This document shows positions 34,870 to 47,867 of a stretch of 64,000 bases of DNA, one piece after another (positions within the stretch are counted from its first letter, which is position 1; the number at the start of each line of letters is the position of its first letter). The translations under genes and the position numbers were made by a program. Below the pieces are notes generated by a model. The model worked only from the letters and a program-made list of their open reading frames with translations. It was not told where the DNA came from and ran no database searches. The DNA is from a virus (taxonomy: Duplodnaviria; Caudoviricetes): the IMG/VR virus record IMGVR_UViG_3300047545_000306, positions 1 to 64,000 of that record; one strand, given 5' to 3'.

Positions 34870-34978
34870 TCTGTCTCCTTGTTAGTGGGGTATGTCTAAC
34901 AAGACTATTATACCATTATTTCGGTAAAGCAAAAGAGGACCAGAACTTAATCCGATCCCCCTTAGCGATATACAAGAA

Positions 34979-38053
<3,075 letters not shown>

Positions 38054-38064
<11 letters not shown>

Positions 38065-38449
38065 ATAATAACCCTAACCTTTCCTTTACCTTAATTACAT
38101 CATCGTCTGTGCCAAAGATTTCTACCCTGGCAATTACTGGTACCCCAGTTTTTTGTGAGACTATATCTGCAGCCTTGCAGTAATGCTCTCCAAAATTTGT
38201 GTTCCCTAAACCGATAACCCCACGAATGAGGTCCCTGTTCTCAGGAACATTTAAAAACTCTCGCACTTGGCGAGGAATGGCAGACTTTGTACTGCCTCCA
38301 CCATAGGTGGGAACGCAGAGAACATACTCTCCACTAGCCCTTGGGCTATCCCCTTTGATAGGGATTCTAACGGCTGAATCCGTTAGCTTTTCTACAAATC
38401 TCTTGGTATTTCCCGAATAATTTGAGAAGTATACGATTTGGATAGACAT
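38054..38449 (-). CDS. nrdI: NrdI flavodoxin
   Basis: YFS..SGNTKRF..PTYGGG..GNTNFG. Confidence 0.95.
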
Positions 38450-38480
38450 CTATTCTACCTCCGTTTTTTATGTTTTGGGG

Positions 38481-38513
38481 AAACTAAAGGGGAGGATTTT
38501 TTAGGTCCTCCCC
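38481..38513 (-). terminator. intrinsic terminator
   Basis: GGGGAGGA/TCCTCCCC stem followed by TTTAGTTT. Confidence 0.7.
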
Positions 38514-38532
38514 AATAGTCTTTAGCACCGAT

Positions 38533-39471
38533 TTACTTGCGGAGGGCAATCTTGCTCTTAGGGAACTTCTTGTTCCACTTAGCAGCAAGTGCGTTGTACT
38601 TCTTGATCTCTGCAGCCTGTAGGGCTACTAGCTGAGCCTTTAGGTCAGCAATGGTTGCGTTTGCAACAGCTAGCTCTGCATCCTTAGTTGCTACTAGAGC
38701 AGCTAGGTCTACAACCTTTAGAGTTCCACGAATGAAACCAGCAGGAACGGTTAGACCAGTTACAGCAGTTGCTACGGTAGCAGTTGCAATTAGGTCATAG
38801 GTGTCTACTGATAGACCAGTTAGGTCCTTCACAGCAGTACCGTCAGCAGTGGTGGTCAACGAGTAGGTGTTTGTACCCTTAGCATTGATAACCTGTAGCG
38901 ATACAGTTGCACCAGAAACAGCATTACCAAATACGTCAGTACCAGTAGCGGTTACCTTTGCGGTAGTTCCTAGAGCAGCAGTTGGAGCTGATAGGGTGAT
39001 GGTGTTTAGTGCACCAGCGTTACCCTTTACATAATAGGTTACTGGAGTTGCAGTACCAACAGTAATAACAACCTTGCCTACCTTAGTAGTCTTGGTGTAT
39101 ACCTTGAAACCTGCAGTGGTACCAGTACCAGTTGAGATGTTGAGAGTTGCCGAACCAGATGATGCAGTGATGGCACCAGTAGTTCCAGCAGCAATAAGAG
39201 TTGCATCGGTTGCAGCGACAGCAACAGTTTCACCAGCAGTGATACCAGTTAGAGCAAAGTCTAGGGTGTCTGTGGTGTCTACAGAGTTGTCTGCAGGCAC
39301 TGGAAGTGCGATTGCAGATGCTTCTGTGGTTCCAGCAGTAGCTGGAGCTGAGCCTGCAACGGTTAGTGCATAGGTTGCACCAACTGCAAGTGCAGGACCT
39401 GCGACTAGTGCAGAGGTGGTTAGTGCGATTGCAGCTGCAATAGCGATAAGTGGCTTCTTTAGTGAAGTCAT
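38533..39471 (-). CDS. secreted Ig-like-domain surface protein with C-terminal coiled coil
   Basis: Signal peptide; Thr/Ala-rich beta strands, TDVFGN.V; KKYNALAAKWNKKFPK. Confidence 0.7.
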   Translation of the reverse strand: MTSLKKPLIAIAAAIALTTSALVAGPALAVGATYALTVAGSAPATAGTTEASAIALPVPADNSVDTTDTLDFALTGITAGETVAVAATDATLIAAGTTGAITASSGSATLNISTGTGTTAGFKVYTKTTKVGKVVITVGTATPVTYYVKGNAGALNTITLSAPTAALGTTAKVTATGTDVFGNAVSGATVSLQVINAKGTNTYSLTTTADGTAVKDLTGLSVDTYDLIATATVATAVTGLTVPAGFIRGTLKVVDLAALVATKDAELAVANATIADLKAQLVALQAAEIKKYNALAAKWNKKFPKSKIALRK

Positions 39472-39499
39472 AATTTATTTTTCCTTTTCTTCTTTGTTT

Positions 39500-41275
39500 T
39501 TAGATTAGATCGAATCTAGCCAAGTATTCTTTTACATCTTCTGGCATAGGCTTATATGTTATCACATTATTCCTATCCATGTCAAGTGTTGATTTTGGTC
39601 TATCCTTGAAAGTATGTATTTCAATTTCCTGATTTAGATCTTTTGGAGTATGCGAGATAGCTCCGAAGATAGCACCACATACAGCATCCGCAAGGTCCTT
39701 TGAGGACTTGCGAGGGTGGTCTACCCTATTCTGTTTGACAATTTTAAGCTCGGTAAGCTCCTCAAACAAGAGTTCTATGGCTGGCATAACAAGTCTATCC
39801 TCATAGACAAGCATAGCCATGTCTTCGTAATGCTTCTTGGCAACAGAAACAGTCTCAGTACGAATACCTACCTGCTTAAGTTCATTCTGAATATCGAACG
39901 ACTGCCAGCGGTCAAATGAGACCATTCCGATATTGAAGCCCTGTCTACGCAGGTTCTGAATCCATTGCTTAACCTCTGACAGGTTAACAGGACCTTCAAC
40001 ACGTGGTTCCCAGTATACCACAGCATCTACTACTACGATAGGTGCAACTTGCTCATAATCCTTAACTACTTGAATATTTACCCACTTTTCTACGTGGGCA
40101 ATTGCAACGGCACACTTGTCATGCTTCTGTGCAAGGTCAGCATGGACATAGTAGGTCTTGTCTGGATCTGGCACAAATGATGGCTCAAATCTTTTTGCAG
40201 TGTCAATCGGATTTCTGATGGTCATACAGGCACGAACCTTGTCCTGCTGCTTGAAGAATGCATCAGACATGTAAGTAGGTACACAGGCGAAACGCTGCAT
40301 AGCGTCTCCAAGGTCAGTGAAGAACGAAACCTTAAAGTCTTCGATACTACGAGTCGGATTGACTACCCAAGTAGGACGCTTAAGGGCAAATACACCAGGA
40401 TACTTGTAAGAGAGGACTGTGTCTTCTTCCCACTCAATCTCTAGAGAGTTTCCATCTGCATCTGCTGGCAAGTCCTCATTCATAATAAACTTATGAGTCT
40501 TGTGTACAACATCTTTTTCTGCAATTACTGCATCGTACCTCTGAGAGATAAAGTCTCCTGGATAACGTGGGAACGAGAGAAGAGCAACTTTGCCCAGGTC
40601 TGGGAAACGAGAGTCAACTGACGCACGAAAAGCCTTGTAAATGTTATCTGCAGTCTTGCCCTGGTCATTTCCTGTTCCAATTTCTTGAGCAAATCCTGAG
40701 ATCTCGTCCAGTACTGCAAGTATAAGGTTGAGACCCTCGTGTGATTCACGCTCGGAGTGACCAGAATAAACTGTGATAGCGTGATCAAACTCAATGCTTT
40801 CTGCTTTAGGGTTAAATTTGCCAGCGAACCACGGAGATCTTTCAATCTTCGACTTAAAGCCCTTAAAGAAGACGTTCTTAGCCTGCTGTGCGTTAATCGC
40901 AACATTGATAATATCGATAGCGTCACCTGAAGGTTTACCGAAATAACGAGCAGGATCCTTAAGACAAAGTAGTTTATATACAATGTAGGAACAAGCAACA
41001 GTTGAGGTAAAGTCTTTACCAGAACCCTTGCCAAGCTGTAGAATAACTTCATTCTTAGTGTATTTTTTGTAATAACGTCTACCCTCTTCTTCACCCATGA
41101 TGTCAATAACGTCTTCTAGCTTGTAAATCTGTGACATAGCCTCAACGATGTCGTACTGTACCTGTGAAAGAGGTGGCTGACCAAGATAGTCTTCACCTTC
41201 AACAAACGTCTTAGCATCTACTGGTCTTTCAGCAAAGTTAGTATCCTTGAGTACCTCAAAGAACTCATTGAACAT
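39500..41275 (-). CDS. terminase large subunit
   Basis: Walker A GKGSGKD, Walker B AVLDE, nuclease HADLA..FDRW..DHP..SKDLADA. Confidence 0.9.
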   Translation of the reverse strand: MFNEFFEVLKDTNFAERPVDAKTFVEGEDYLGQPPLSQVQYDIVEAMSQIYKLEDVIDIMGEEEGRRYYKKYTKNEVILQLGKGSGKDFTSTVACSYIVYKLLCLKDPARYFGKPSGDAIDIINVAINAQQAKNVFFKGFKSKIERSPWFAGKFNPKAESIEFDHAITVYSGHSERESHEGLNLILAVLDEISGFAQEIGTGNDQGKTADNIYKAFRASVDSRFPDLGKVALLSFPRYPGDFISQRYDAVIAEKDVVHKTHKFIMNEDLPADADGNSLEIEWEEDTVLSYKYPGVFALKRPTWVVNPTRSIEDFKVSFFTDLGDAMQRFACVPTYMSDAFFKQQDKVRACMTIRNPIDTAKRFEPSFVPDPDKTYYVHADLAQKHDKCAVAIAHVEKWVNIQVVKDYEQVAPIVVVDAVVYWEPRVEGPVNLSEVKQWIQNLRRQGFNIGMVSFDRWQSFDIQNELKQVGIRTETVSVAKKHYEDMAMLVYEDRLVMPAIELLFEELTELKIVKQNRVDHPRKSSKDLADAVCGAIFGAISHTPKDLNQEIEIHTFKDRPKSTLDMDRNNVITYKPMPEDVKEYLARFDLI

Positions 41276-41795
41276 CGTGGACAATTGTAATTACCTCTCG
41301 CTCTTTTGCTACGTCAGATAGCCTACGCATAATCTTGTCACGGATCTCTGGGTGCTCTGTTGCGATATCTTTAAGAATGTTAACAAGGATTTCTTGCTTA
41401 CGCTCAATCTCTAACATCTCTTCTGCAAGTTCCTTGTTCTCAAGAAGTCCTGCCTTCTGTAGCATGTCGATACGAGTCTTCTCAAGGTCCATAACAAGCT
41501 TAATACCTGCAGTCTTAGCATTTAGGTTTGCTACAGTTGTTGCCTCATCGATTACTTCGTATGCCTTTGAGATTAGCTTGCTATAGTGTGTGTCTGCACC
41601 TACCAGGGCTTCCTTGGCACGAGCACGAATAGCTGCATTGTCTGCAGCCATCGTTCTCCACTCATCGATGTAAGCAACGACCTTTTGGCGAGGCAGCTGC
41701 AACTCTTTCGAAATCTGTGTAGGCTCTGCACCTGCTAGATACTTCTCAACAACCTTGTTTACTTGATCAAGGTGCTCTATTAGATTATCTTCCAT
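41265..41795 (-). CDS. putative terminase small subunit (HTH plus coiled coil)
   Basis: N-terminal HTH-like region, directly upstream of terL. Confidence 0.55.
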   Translation of the reverse strand: MEDNLIEHLDQVNKVVEKYLAGAEPTQISKELQLPRQKVVAYIDEWRTMAADNAAIRARAKEALVGADTHYSKLISKAYEVIDEATTVANLNAKTAGIKLVMDLEKTRIDMLQKAGLLENKELAEEMLEIERKQEILVNILKDIATEHPEIRDKIMRRLSDVAKEREVITIVHDVQ

Positions 41796-42543
41796 ATTTA
41801 AAAGCCGTCTTCATTCTGTCATCTATCTTCTTCAGGGCTACTGGATCGTTTTTCTGCTCCTCGGTTGGTGCAAACAGTGCTCTGTATGTCTTGTCCTTGT
41901 CGCTCTCATCTGGCTTGGTGTAGTAGAATAGGGCAATGCTCTTTCTCTGTTCGCCATCTGGTGCATGGATTGCATCATTGTTTGGTAGTCCATGCCAAGA
42001 GTTTTGGGTTGTGTCAAAGATGAAGGCTGTGTTAAACATCGGAGAAACTTCCTTAACCTTTTCTAGTGGCTGACCGTCTTCTGGATTGTTTGACCATAGT
42101 TCTAGTGCACCACCCCACTCCTCTTTCCAATTACTGTTTAGATAAACAATTATGTTTAGCTTACGCTTGAGGTTTAGCTTTGGGTGCATCTCTGCATCCC
42201 TGTGTAGGTTAAGTCTTCCATTGCTTGGGTGAATGTGCATGCCGCCTGCATGTAGACCGAAGTCAGCGTATAGATCTTCTTCAATTCCAGTAAGCTTCTT
42301 TAGCTCCGCAATGAACTCGTTTGAGCATAGGTAGTAGAATGCACGATAGAAGCTGCCTGGATACCAATCCCAGTGGGTGGCAAGACGCTTCTGCTCAAAC
42401 TCAGTGTGATTTCTGGTTAGCCAACGCTCGTCATCATACTCGTAAAAGTCTGTCTCTAGCTCCTTAGCTGTTTCATCGCTAAAAAAGTTTGGGATGACCC
42501 AGTGATCAAATGGGTTGTTACTGTGCTGAGCTTTTTCTAACAT
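41785..42543 (-). CDS. 2OG-Fe(II) oxygenase
   Basis: LHAGGMH..LNLHRD..LNIIVYLN..W..EWGG.LELW..SWHG..RKSIA. Confidence 0.9.
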   Translation of the reverse strand: MLEKAQHSNNPFDHWVIPNFFSDETAKELETDFYEYDDERWLTRNHTEFEQKRLATHWDWYPGSFYRAFYYLCSNEFIAELKKLTGIEEDLYADFGLHAGGMHIHPSNGRLNLHRDAEMHPKLNLKRKLNIIVYLNSNWKEEWGGALELWSNNPEDGQPLEKVKEVSPMFNTAFIFDTTQNSWHGLPNNDAIHAPDGEQRKSIALFYYTKPDESDKDKTYRALFAPTEEQKNDPVALKKIDDRMKTAFKYGR

Positions 42544-42787
42544 TTTTCTTTATCCTTTTCTTTGGTATACGTTTAATTCTATCAGACTTGAAGCTTCTAA
42601 ATGCCCCAGTTTGACCACGGAATACTTCAAAGCAGTCTACCCAGGAGGTTCCAGTTGCCGAGTTTACAGTGAAGCTGTCGAACTTAAACTTGACACCGTA
42701 CTCTCCGCTTACCCGAAAGATCTCTCCCTTAACGATTGTCTTTCCGTCTGGAAGAGTTATCTGCGGTTCCTTTATTAGGTGGGTCAC
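42518..42787 (-). CDS. hypothetical protein
   Basis: ORF; WVDC..FRSF motif. Confidence 0.6.
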   Translation of the reverse strand: MTHLIKEPQITLPDGKTIVKGEIFRVSGEYGVKFKFDSFTVNSATGTSWVDCFEVFRGQTGAFRSFKSDRIKRIPKKRIKKNVRKSSAQ

Positions 42788-43026
42788 TTGGCTTGCTCCT
42801 CAAGTCGTTTAATCTCGTCATTAATGTAAAAGATTGCTTTCTTGAGATCTTCGATGTGCTTTCCTTCATTCTTTAATCCTGCTCTCCATAGATACTTAAT
42901 TGCATTTCCAATATTAAAATTGCGGTGACGAGTAATCTGAATGCACTCTACCCCACTAGGATCTGAAATATAGTGCTGTGGGTGGTTTACCTGATCTACC
43001 ACAATGTCCAAGTCTGCTAGACTCAT
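42784..43026 (-). CDS. DUF3310 (T7 gp1.7-like) protein
   Basis: VNHPQHY..ECI..GNAIKYLWRAGLK..EDLKKA.FYI. Confidence 0.85.
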   Translation of the reverse strand: MSLADLDIVVDQVNHPQHYISDPSGVECIQITRHRNFNIGNAIKYLWRAGLKNEGKHIEDLKKAIFYINDEIKRLEEQAK

Positions 43027-43175
43027 CTTCTTGACCTTCTTAATTTAAATTTAGCTAGATATACGTAGATAGTTTCTACGCTTGCTCCGCATTCTTTTGC
43101 GATCTCTTCTGGACTCTTTTTGTCCATCCAATAGCGTTTCTTTAACCACGCCTCATTAGTATACAGCTTTGCCAT
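43023..43175 (-). CDS. small HTH protein (50 aa)
   Basis: MAKLYTNEAWLKKRYWMDKKSPEEIAKECGASVETIYVYL. Confidence 0.7.
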   Translation of the reverse strand: MAKLYTNEAWLKKRYWMDKKSPEEIAKECGASVETIYVYLAKFKLRRSRR

Positions 43176-43751
43176 TTACTTGTCAATCTTTTCCCAGTTG
43201 TGAATTGCATAGTGTCCAATACCGACAGCATCTGCAACGTCATCATCACTAATTGCTTTATCATAGTAAGTGTTAACAAACTTAATTGTCTTTTGCTTAC
43301 GCAATTCTCTAGACTTGTTCTGATACCAGTTCTTTGACTTGCCTGGAAACTCATTGACTATTGCTTGCTTCTCTGCTGCAGTCAGCTTGCCGTTGCCTAT
43401 AAAGGTCTGCCAGGTTATGGGATTGATAGATCCTGCTGTTCTGATGCCGCTTATCTTTGCAGCTCCCAGGAGAGCTCCCTGAATAAGGGCTAGGTCAGAC
43501 GCTGTCTTTGGGCTGTTGATAAAAATTGTGTGCTCAATAACAATTGCGTCAATCTCAAACTGCTTCAGAAATGGCATTGACTTTCTTGCAGCGTCTCCAA
43601 GCTTCTGGTAGGCATTGGCACCGTCGAATCGGATCTTTCCGTATCTGACTAGGGTATTACCAGAAAAGATAGCAAAAGCAAGACTGTTAGTGCTAGCATC
43701 GATAGCACAAATATTTTTGGGTTTTGCATTAGAGCGTCCAATCTTTACCAT
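43176..43751 (-). CDS. RuvC-like Holliday junction resolvase
   Basis: AIDAS..IVIE..DDVADAVGIG. Confidence 0.85.
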   Translation of the reverse strand: MVKIGRSNAKPKNICAIDASTNSLAFAIFSGNTLVRYGKIRFDGANAYQKLGDAARKSMPFLKQFEIDAIVIEHTIFINSPKTASDLALIQGALLGAAKISGIRTAGSINPITWQTFIGNGKLTAAEKQAIVNEFPGKSKNWYQNKSRELRKQKTIKFVNTYYDKAISDDDVADAVGIGHYAIHNWEKIDK

Positions 43752-44028
43752 TCATTAATCCTTTGATTTCTTTAAGTATCTTGGAAACCTCCTTGGGGTC
43801 AGCTACACATGCTTGACAAATTGCATCGTCGTTATACATGGACAGCTGACCACCACAGGAAGTGCACTTTCTATTTTTTCCGTGACGTTTGTTTCGTCTT
43901 ATAATTTGATACCTGGCAGCAATTTTTTCTTTTGTTGCTAGGTCCCTACACGAGGAAGAGCAATATATCTGATACGATACAGTTGCGTCGAACGAGGTGT
44001 CACACCATTTACAGTGTTTGCTTATCAT
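43729..44028 (-). CDS. zinc-finger protein
   Basis: CKWC..YCSSSCR..CTSC..CQAC. Confidence 0.7.
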   Translation of the reverse strand: MISKHCKWCDTSFDATVSYQIYCSSSCRDLATKEKIAARYQIIRRNKRHGKNRKCTSCGGQLSMYNDDAICQACVADPKEVSKILKEIKGLMNGKDWTL

Positions 44029-44815
44029 CAATTGGCTCCAGAGATTTGATCTTGATCTCTCCAGAACCAGCATTGTCACAAGCCTCACGGATTGGACATG
44101 TCTTGCATATTTTTGAATTTGAACGATAGTTCTTTTCTGGCAGGGTTTTATCGTCCCATGCCTTACGAACATTTCTCATCCACTCAAAAGCGTTCTCTAC
44201 CCACTCATAATAGTACTGATTCAATTCTACAGGAAAAATCAAAAGTTCGTGATTGTTCTTGTTTTCATATATCAGAACAGCTTTGCTCTTGTTGAGGATC
44301 TTCATATAGATCAGAAGCTGTACGAGGTGACCAGTCTTTGGCTTACCTGCTAGCTTCCTATACTCAAAGCCCTCATTAGGCATAGTCTTAATTTCACCAA
44401 GAAGGTCTGAGCCTTCCCAGTTAAGGATAACGTCACCATACCCGAAGATTGGTGGGTTCTCATAGGTTACCTTAAACTCTGAATCTACAAGGAAGCCTGG
44501 GACGTTTCCCATAGCCTCCTGAATACGCTCGTGAGACTTGGTACCAGCAGTCATGTTGGCACCACCATATGCATCTGCATTGTCTGAGAAGACAGCTCCA
44601 TTAAAGGCTAGATACCAGTAGCGAGGACACTCTCCGTGAGAGAACGCAATCGTGCTTGGTGCAAAAGTCTTCTTAGTCTGAAACTTGTCTACACGATTAA
44701 TTGTGTATCCAGATTTAATTTTTTCTATAAGTGCATCTTTGTCGATGAATGAAGGTCGTGAAGAAACTTTATCTTCTACCTTAAGCATGACCTGTTGCAG
44801 TAAATTTTTTGCCAT
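44009..44815 (-). CDS. Cas4-like PD-(D/E)xK exonuclease
   Basis: CPR..GT..HE..GDV..EIKT..QLLIYM..C..CP...C. Confidence 0.85.
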   Translation of the reverse strand: MAKNLLQQVMLKVEDKVSSRPSFIDKDALIEKIKSGYTINRVDKFQTKKTFAPSTIAFSHGECPRYWYLAFNGAVFSDNADAYGGANMTAGTKSHERIQEAMGNVPGFLVDSEFKVTYENPPIFGYGDVILNWEGSDLLGEIKTMPNEGFEYRKLAGKPKTGHLVQLLIYMKILNKSKAVLIYENKNNHELLIFPVELNQYYYEWVENAFEWMRNVRKAWDDKTLPEKNYRSNSKICKTCPIREACDNAGSGEIKIKSLEPIDDKQTL

Positions 44816-44854
44816 TTTTTATTAAACTCTTTTCTTTGTTATGTCTATTGTACA

Positions 44855-45160
44855 CTATCGTGTAATATATTTCAACGCAGAAACGAGGCTATTGATTGAC
44901 TCTGCAGCAGTATAGTAAATGTTCTTCTTTGCTCTATCACTTTTATCGACATTAGTTAGCCATGTTGCTTTAAAAGCCATCTTTGCTGCAATCGCCTGTA
45001 GTCTTACAATCTCTACAGTAGCAACGTTAAGTGGCACGTCTGGCTTAATGATTAGCTTAGCGATAAACGTAAGTGCAGTTGTGAGCTCTTCGTCATCCAT
45101 GTAGTCAGCGATCTCTGTGAGACCATTGACCATCTCAAGTGTTGTTTGTTCCATTCTCAT
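44855..45160 (-). CDS. hypothetical protein
   Basis: ORF in the replication block. Confidence 0.65.
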   Translation of the reverse strand: MRMEQTTLEMVNGLTEIADYMDDEELTTALTFIAKLIIKPDVPLNVATVEIVRLQAIAAKMAFKATWLTNVDKSDRAKKNIYYTAAESINSLVSALKYITR

Positions 45161-45168
45161 TACCCTAT

Positions 45169-46170
45169 CTATTTAAGATACTTTTTATTTTTAGGATCTT
45201 TGATTTCTTGATCATACTTTATATTTTGACTTGGATCATTGGCACGTTCAAACAAGAAATCTATTGGTGGCACATTATCGTGCTTTGTGTTTATCGGAGA
45301 GTCCGTTGGGTTGCCAGCTTCGTCAATAATGATTCCATACTGGTCTAGTGGTATTCCGTCTGCCAAGCCATCTAGCTGATACTTCTGGAATGATCTAGCG
45401 TATGCAAACGTTGACTGAAACTCCGTTCCATGCTGTCTACGCTTCATTGCCCTGGAGAATGGGTGTATAGGATCTAGCTTTCCAGTGAATACCCAGTCAT
45501 CTGCTGGCGAGTAGTTTAGAGATATAATCTTTACGAACTCCCCCTCTTTCCACTTACGCTTTGGTCTCCAGTGTACATGGTTCACAGCACTAAAGACTAT
45601 AGCATCCCCTGGACGAAGCTTGTAGTTCTCTTCATCTACACAGACTTCCCAGTCTATGTTTCCGTCTAGCATGTAGTTAAAAGTTATAAGTGCGTTGCTG
45701 GCATCGATATGTGGCTGTAGTGCTGGTACGTACTCCCCATTTCCATACTCAAGATTGTAGTCTAGGTAGTTGTAGTGAGAAAGCTTTATTTCGTGCTTAT
45801 ACATTGGCTTAATAATAGCGTCTATCTTTGCCTCAATTTCTTTAGGCATGATGAAATCAATGACCTGTCTTGATAGCTCTATCATCTGTCTTGGCACTCT
45901 AACGTCATTGTCAACGATCTCTTTGTGCCCTGGGACCACCTTGCTAGAGGTTCTCTGCAAAGACTTGTGCCAGTCCAGAATTCCATTTAACTTAGTAACG
46001 TCCCATGGAGCCAATGGCTTTTCCAAATATACTGGTGGAACAGCATTGTACTCGTCAAAGTTGGTTAGCCACTCATGCATTGGTGCATAAGCCTCTTCTG
46101 GGTAAATGTCGTATTGCTTGATTAGCTCTTGGTCTAGATCACTGTCTAGTTCATTATTTTTTTCATTCAT
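45169..46170 (-). CDS. 2OG-Fe(II) oxygenase (leaderless insertion)
   Basis: LQPHID..TFNY..DW..HWRP; TATAAT-6-ATG. Confidence 0.75.
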   Translation of the reverse strand: MNEKNNELDSDLDQELIKQYDIYPEEAYAPMHEWLTNFDEYNAVPPVYLEKPLAPWDVTKLNGILDWHKSLQRTSSKVVPGHKEIVDNDVRVPRQMIELSRQVIDFIMPKEIEAKIDAIIKPMYKHEIKLSHYNYLDYNLEYGNGEYVPALQPHIDASNALITFNYMLDGNIDWEVCVDEENYKLRPGDAIVFSAVNHVHWRPKRKWKEGEFVKIISLNYSPADDWVFTGKLDPIHPFSRAMKRRQHGTEFQSTFAYARSFQKYQLDGLADGIPLDQYGIIIDEAGNPTDSPINTKHDNVPPIDFLFERANDPSQNIKYDQEIKDPKNKKYLK

Positions 46171-46177
46171 GATATTA

Positions 46178-46471
46178 TTATACACCATCCAATCGTTCTA
46201 GTATTTGTTCAAGTAGCGAAAGTTCAATTACAGCCAGTCTAGTTTTAGCCATGGAATCGCCAATGACAACCACAATAGCAGGGTCATTGCCATTACGAAT
46301 AGCATCCGTAGTAGCTTTAGCCCACACATCCTTATTGATCGTAAAGGACTTTCCGACTTCTTTGAAATCAACCGTGAAGTTCTCCCAGGTTGCATCCCCC
46401 TTGTGGGTTCCTCTGCCTGAGTTCTTGTGCTGCTTCGCACCGATACGCTTGCTTTCACTTGCCTCACTCAT
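46178..46471 (-). CDS. small PD-(D/E)xK resolvase-like nuclease
   Basis: SE..NSGRG..KGDA..VDFKE. Confidence 0.65.
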   Translation of the reverse strand: MSEASESKRIGAKQHKNSGRGTHKGDATWENFTVDFKEVGKSFTINKDVWAKATTDAIRNGNDPAIVVVIGDSMAKTRLAVIELSLLEQILERLDGV

Positions 46472-46634
46472 AATCTTTTTTACTTCTCTTTGTTTTTAGG
46501 CTAACAATGCTCATGTGCTTATCTTTACACATCCAGGTTAGCTCCTTGGTTTCTGGATATGAGCGTAGGGATGTTACCAATGCCCCACACTGCTGGCACT
46601 TGAACTCACCCTGATAGATGTTATACTTCGCCAT
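46464..46634 (-). CDS. small zinc-ribbon protein (56 aa)
   Basis: MAKYNIYQGEFKCQQC..WMCKDKH; fills the gap. Confidence 0.65.
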   Translation of the reverse strand: MAKYNIYQGEFKCQQCGALVTSLRSYPETKELTWMCKDKHMSIVSLKTKRSKKDYE

Positions 46635-47634
46635 TTACCTTAGCCTTAATTGAGTCCTGAAGATCTACGTCTTCTCTTACACGATTAACAAATGCTTCTC
46701 TACCCTGGACCTTAGAGCCGTCGGGAAGGATGTACCAGGCTCCTGTACGCTCTACAATGCCCATCATCTCTGCAGTATCAACTAGATCTCCGACCTCGTC
46801 TATGCCCACTAGAGGACCTCTGAAGTAGAAGTCGTATTCACCAGACTGAAAGCCTGGAGATGTCTTGGAGAACTGGACTTCCCATCGGACCTTGCGTCCT
46901 ACCTTCTCTTCAATGAGCTTATCTCCCACCGCAATCTTGCCTTTAATAGCTTGATTGTCTGACTCAGAAGAGAAAAGCTTGATAACGGTTGAGCTATAGA
47001 ACTTAGTAGCCTGCCCACCCGAAGGCTGCTGACTTGTGTACATAGCACTAATATTGTTACGAGATTGACTAATAAGAACAAGCATCGTTGGCTTAACCTT
47101 GTTATTGGCATAGTTGAGCATCTTCCAGGCGTTACTAAAGTCTCTAGACTCTGCTCCAATTTGCTTTGTGTTTTCAAGTTCTTTAAGTTCATCAGTGCCC
47201 TTTTCAAAATAGATAGCAGGTAGTAGCGATGTAATGGAGTCGATTACAATTAGGTCTACTCCAGCATTCATCAATGCTGTACCAACATCTACCATCTCAT
47301 TAATGGTACGTGCTTGAGATACGATTAGCTTGTCTGTATCGACCCCCAGAGACTTTGCCCACTCCTCGGAGTACGACATCTCGGCATCGATCCAGGCACA
47401 AAGCTTTCCCTCTGCCTGAGCGTTGCCAATCATCTGTAGGCATAGTGACGACTTGGCTGACGACTTAGAGCCCCAGATAAGAATCTGTCTGCCCATAGGA
47501 AGCCCACCATTCAGTGCACGGTTTAGTCCGTGGCTTGGAGTCTTCAAAAACTCTGTCTTGAATCCAACGCCATTAGATAGACGCTTGCGTATGCGTGGAT
47601 CCAATGCTGCCAAAGCTTCTTCCATTGTTGTCAT
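46621..47634 (-). CDS. recA: RecA/UvsX-like recombinase
   Basis: GGLP.GR..WIDAE..LGVD..VIDS..GGQA.KFYSS..GAWY..QGRE. Confidence 0.92.
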   Translation of the reverse strand: MTTMEEALAALDPRIRKRLSNGVGFKTEFLKTPSHGLNRALNGGLPMGRQILIWGSKSSAKSSLCLQMIGNAQAEGKLCAWIDAEMSYSEEWAKSLGVDTDKLIVSQARTINEMVDVGTALMNAGVDLIVIDSITSLLPAIYFEKGTDELKELENTKQIGAESRDFSNAWKMLNYANNKVKPTMLVLISQSRNNISAMYTSQQPSGGQATKFYSSTVIKLFSSESDNQAIKGKIAVGDKLIEEKVGRKVRWEVQFSKTSPGFQSGEYDFYFRGPLVGIDEVGDLVDTAEMMGIVERTGAWYILPDGSKVQGREAFVNRVREDVDLQDSIKAKVNGEV

Positions 47635-47867
47635 TATATGCTCTCTTCTACTAGTTTTGCAAGCTTGGTTGGGTTAAACCCTGCCCAAGAATCTTTGTCT
47701 GTGATCACTACAGGAGCAGCCTTAAAGCCCATTTCGATAATCTTGTCGAAAGCTTCTGTATCTACTGTGATATCTATTGTTGAGTATTCAATGTTACTCT
47801 TGTCCAAGAATCGCTTGGTCTGGTCACACTGTACGCATGACGGCTTTGTGTATACTACTACTGACAT
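47634..47867 (-). CDS. nrdH: NrdH-redoxin
   Basis: YTKPSCVQC..APVV..WAGF. Confidence 0.93.
   Translation of the reverse strand: MSVVVYTKPSCVQCDQTKRFLDKSNIEYSTIDITVDTEAFDKIIEMGFKAAPVVITDKDSWAGFNPTKLAKLVEESI

Noticed and set aside
44009-44815. CRISPR-Cas system
   Set aside because: Solo Cas4-like nuclease; no repeat-spacer array or other cas genes in the window.
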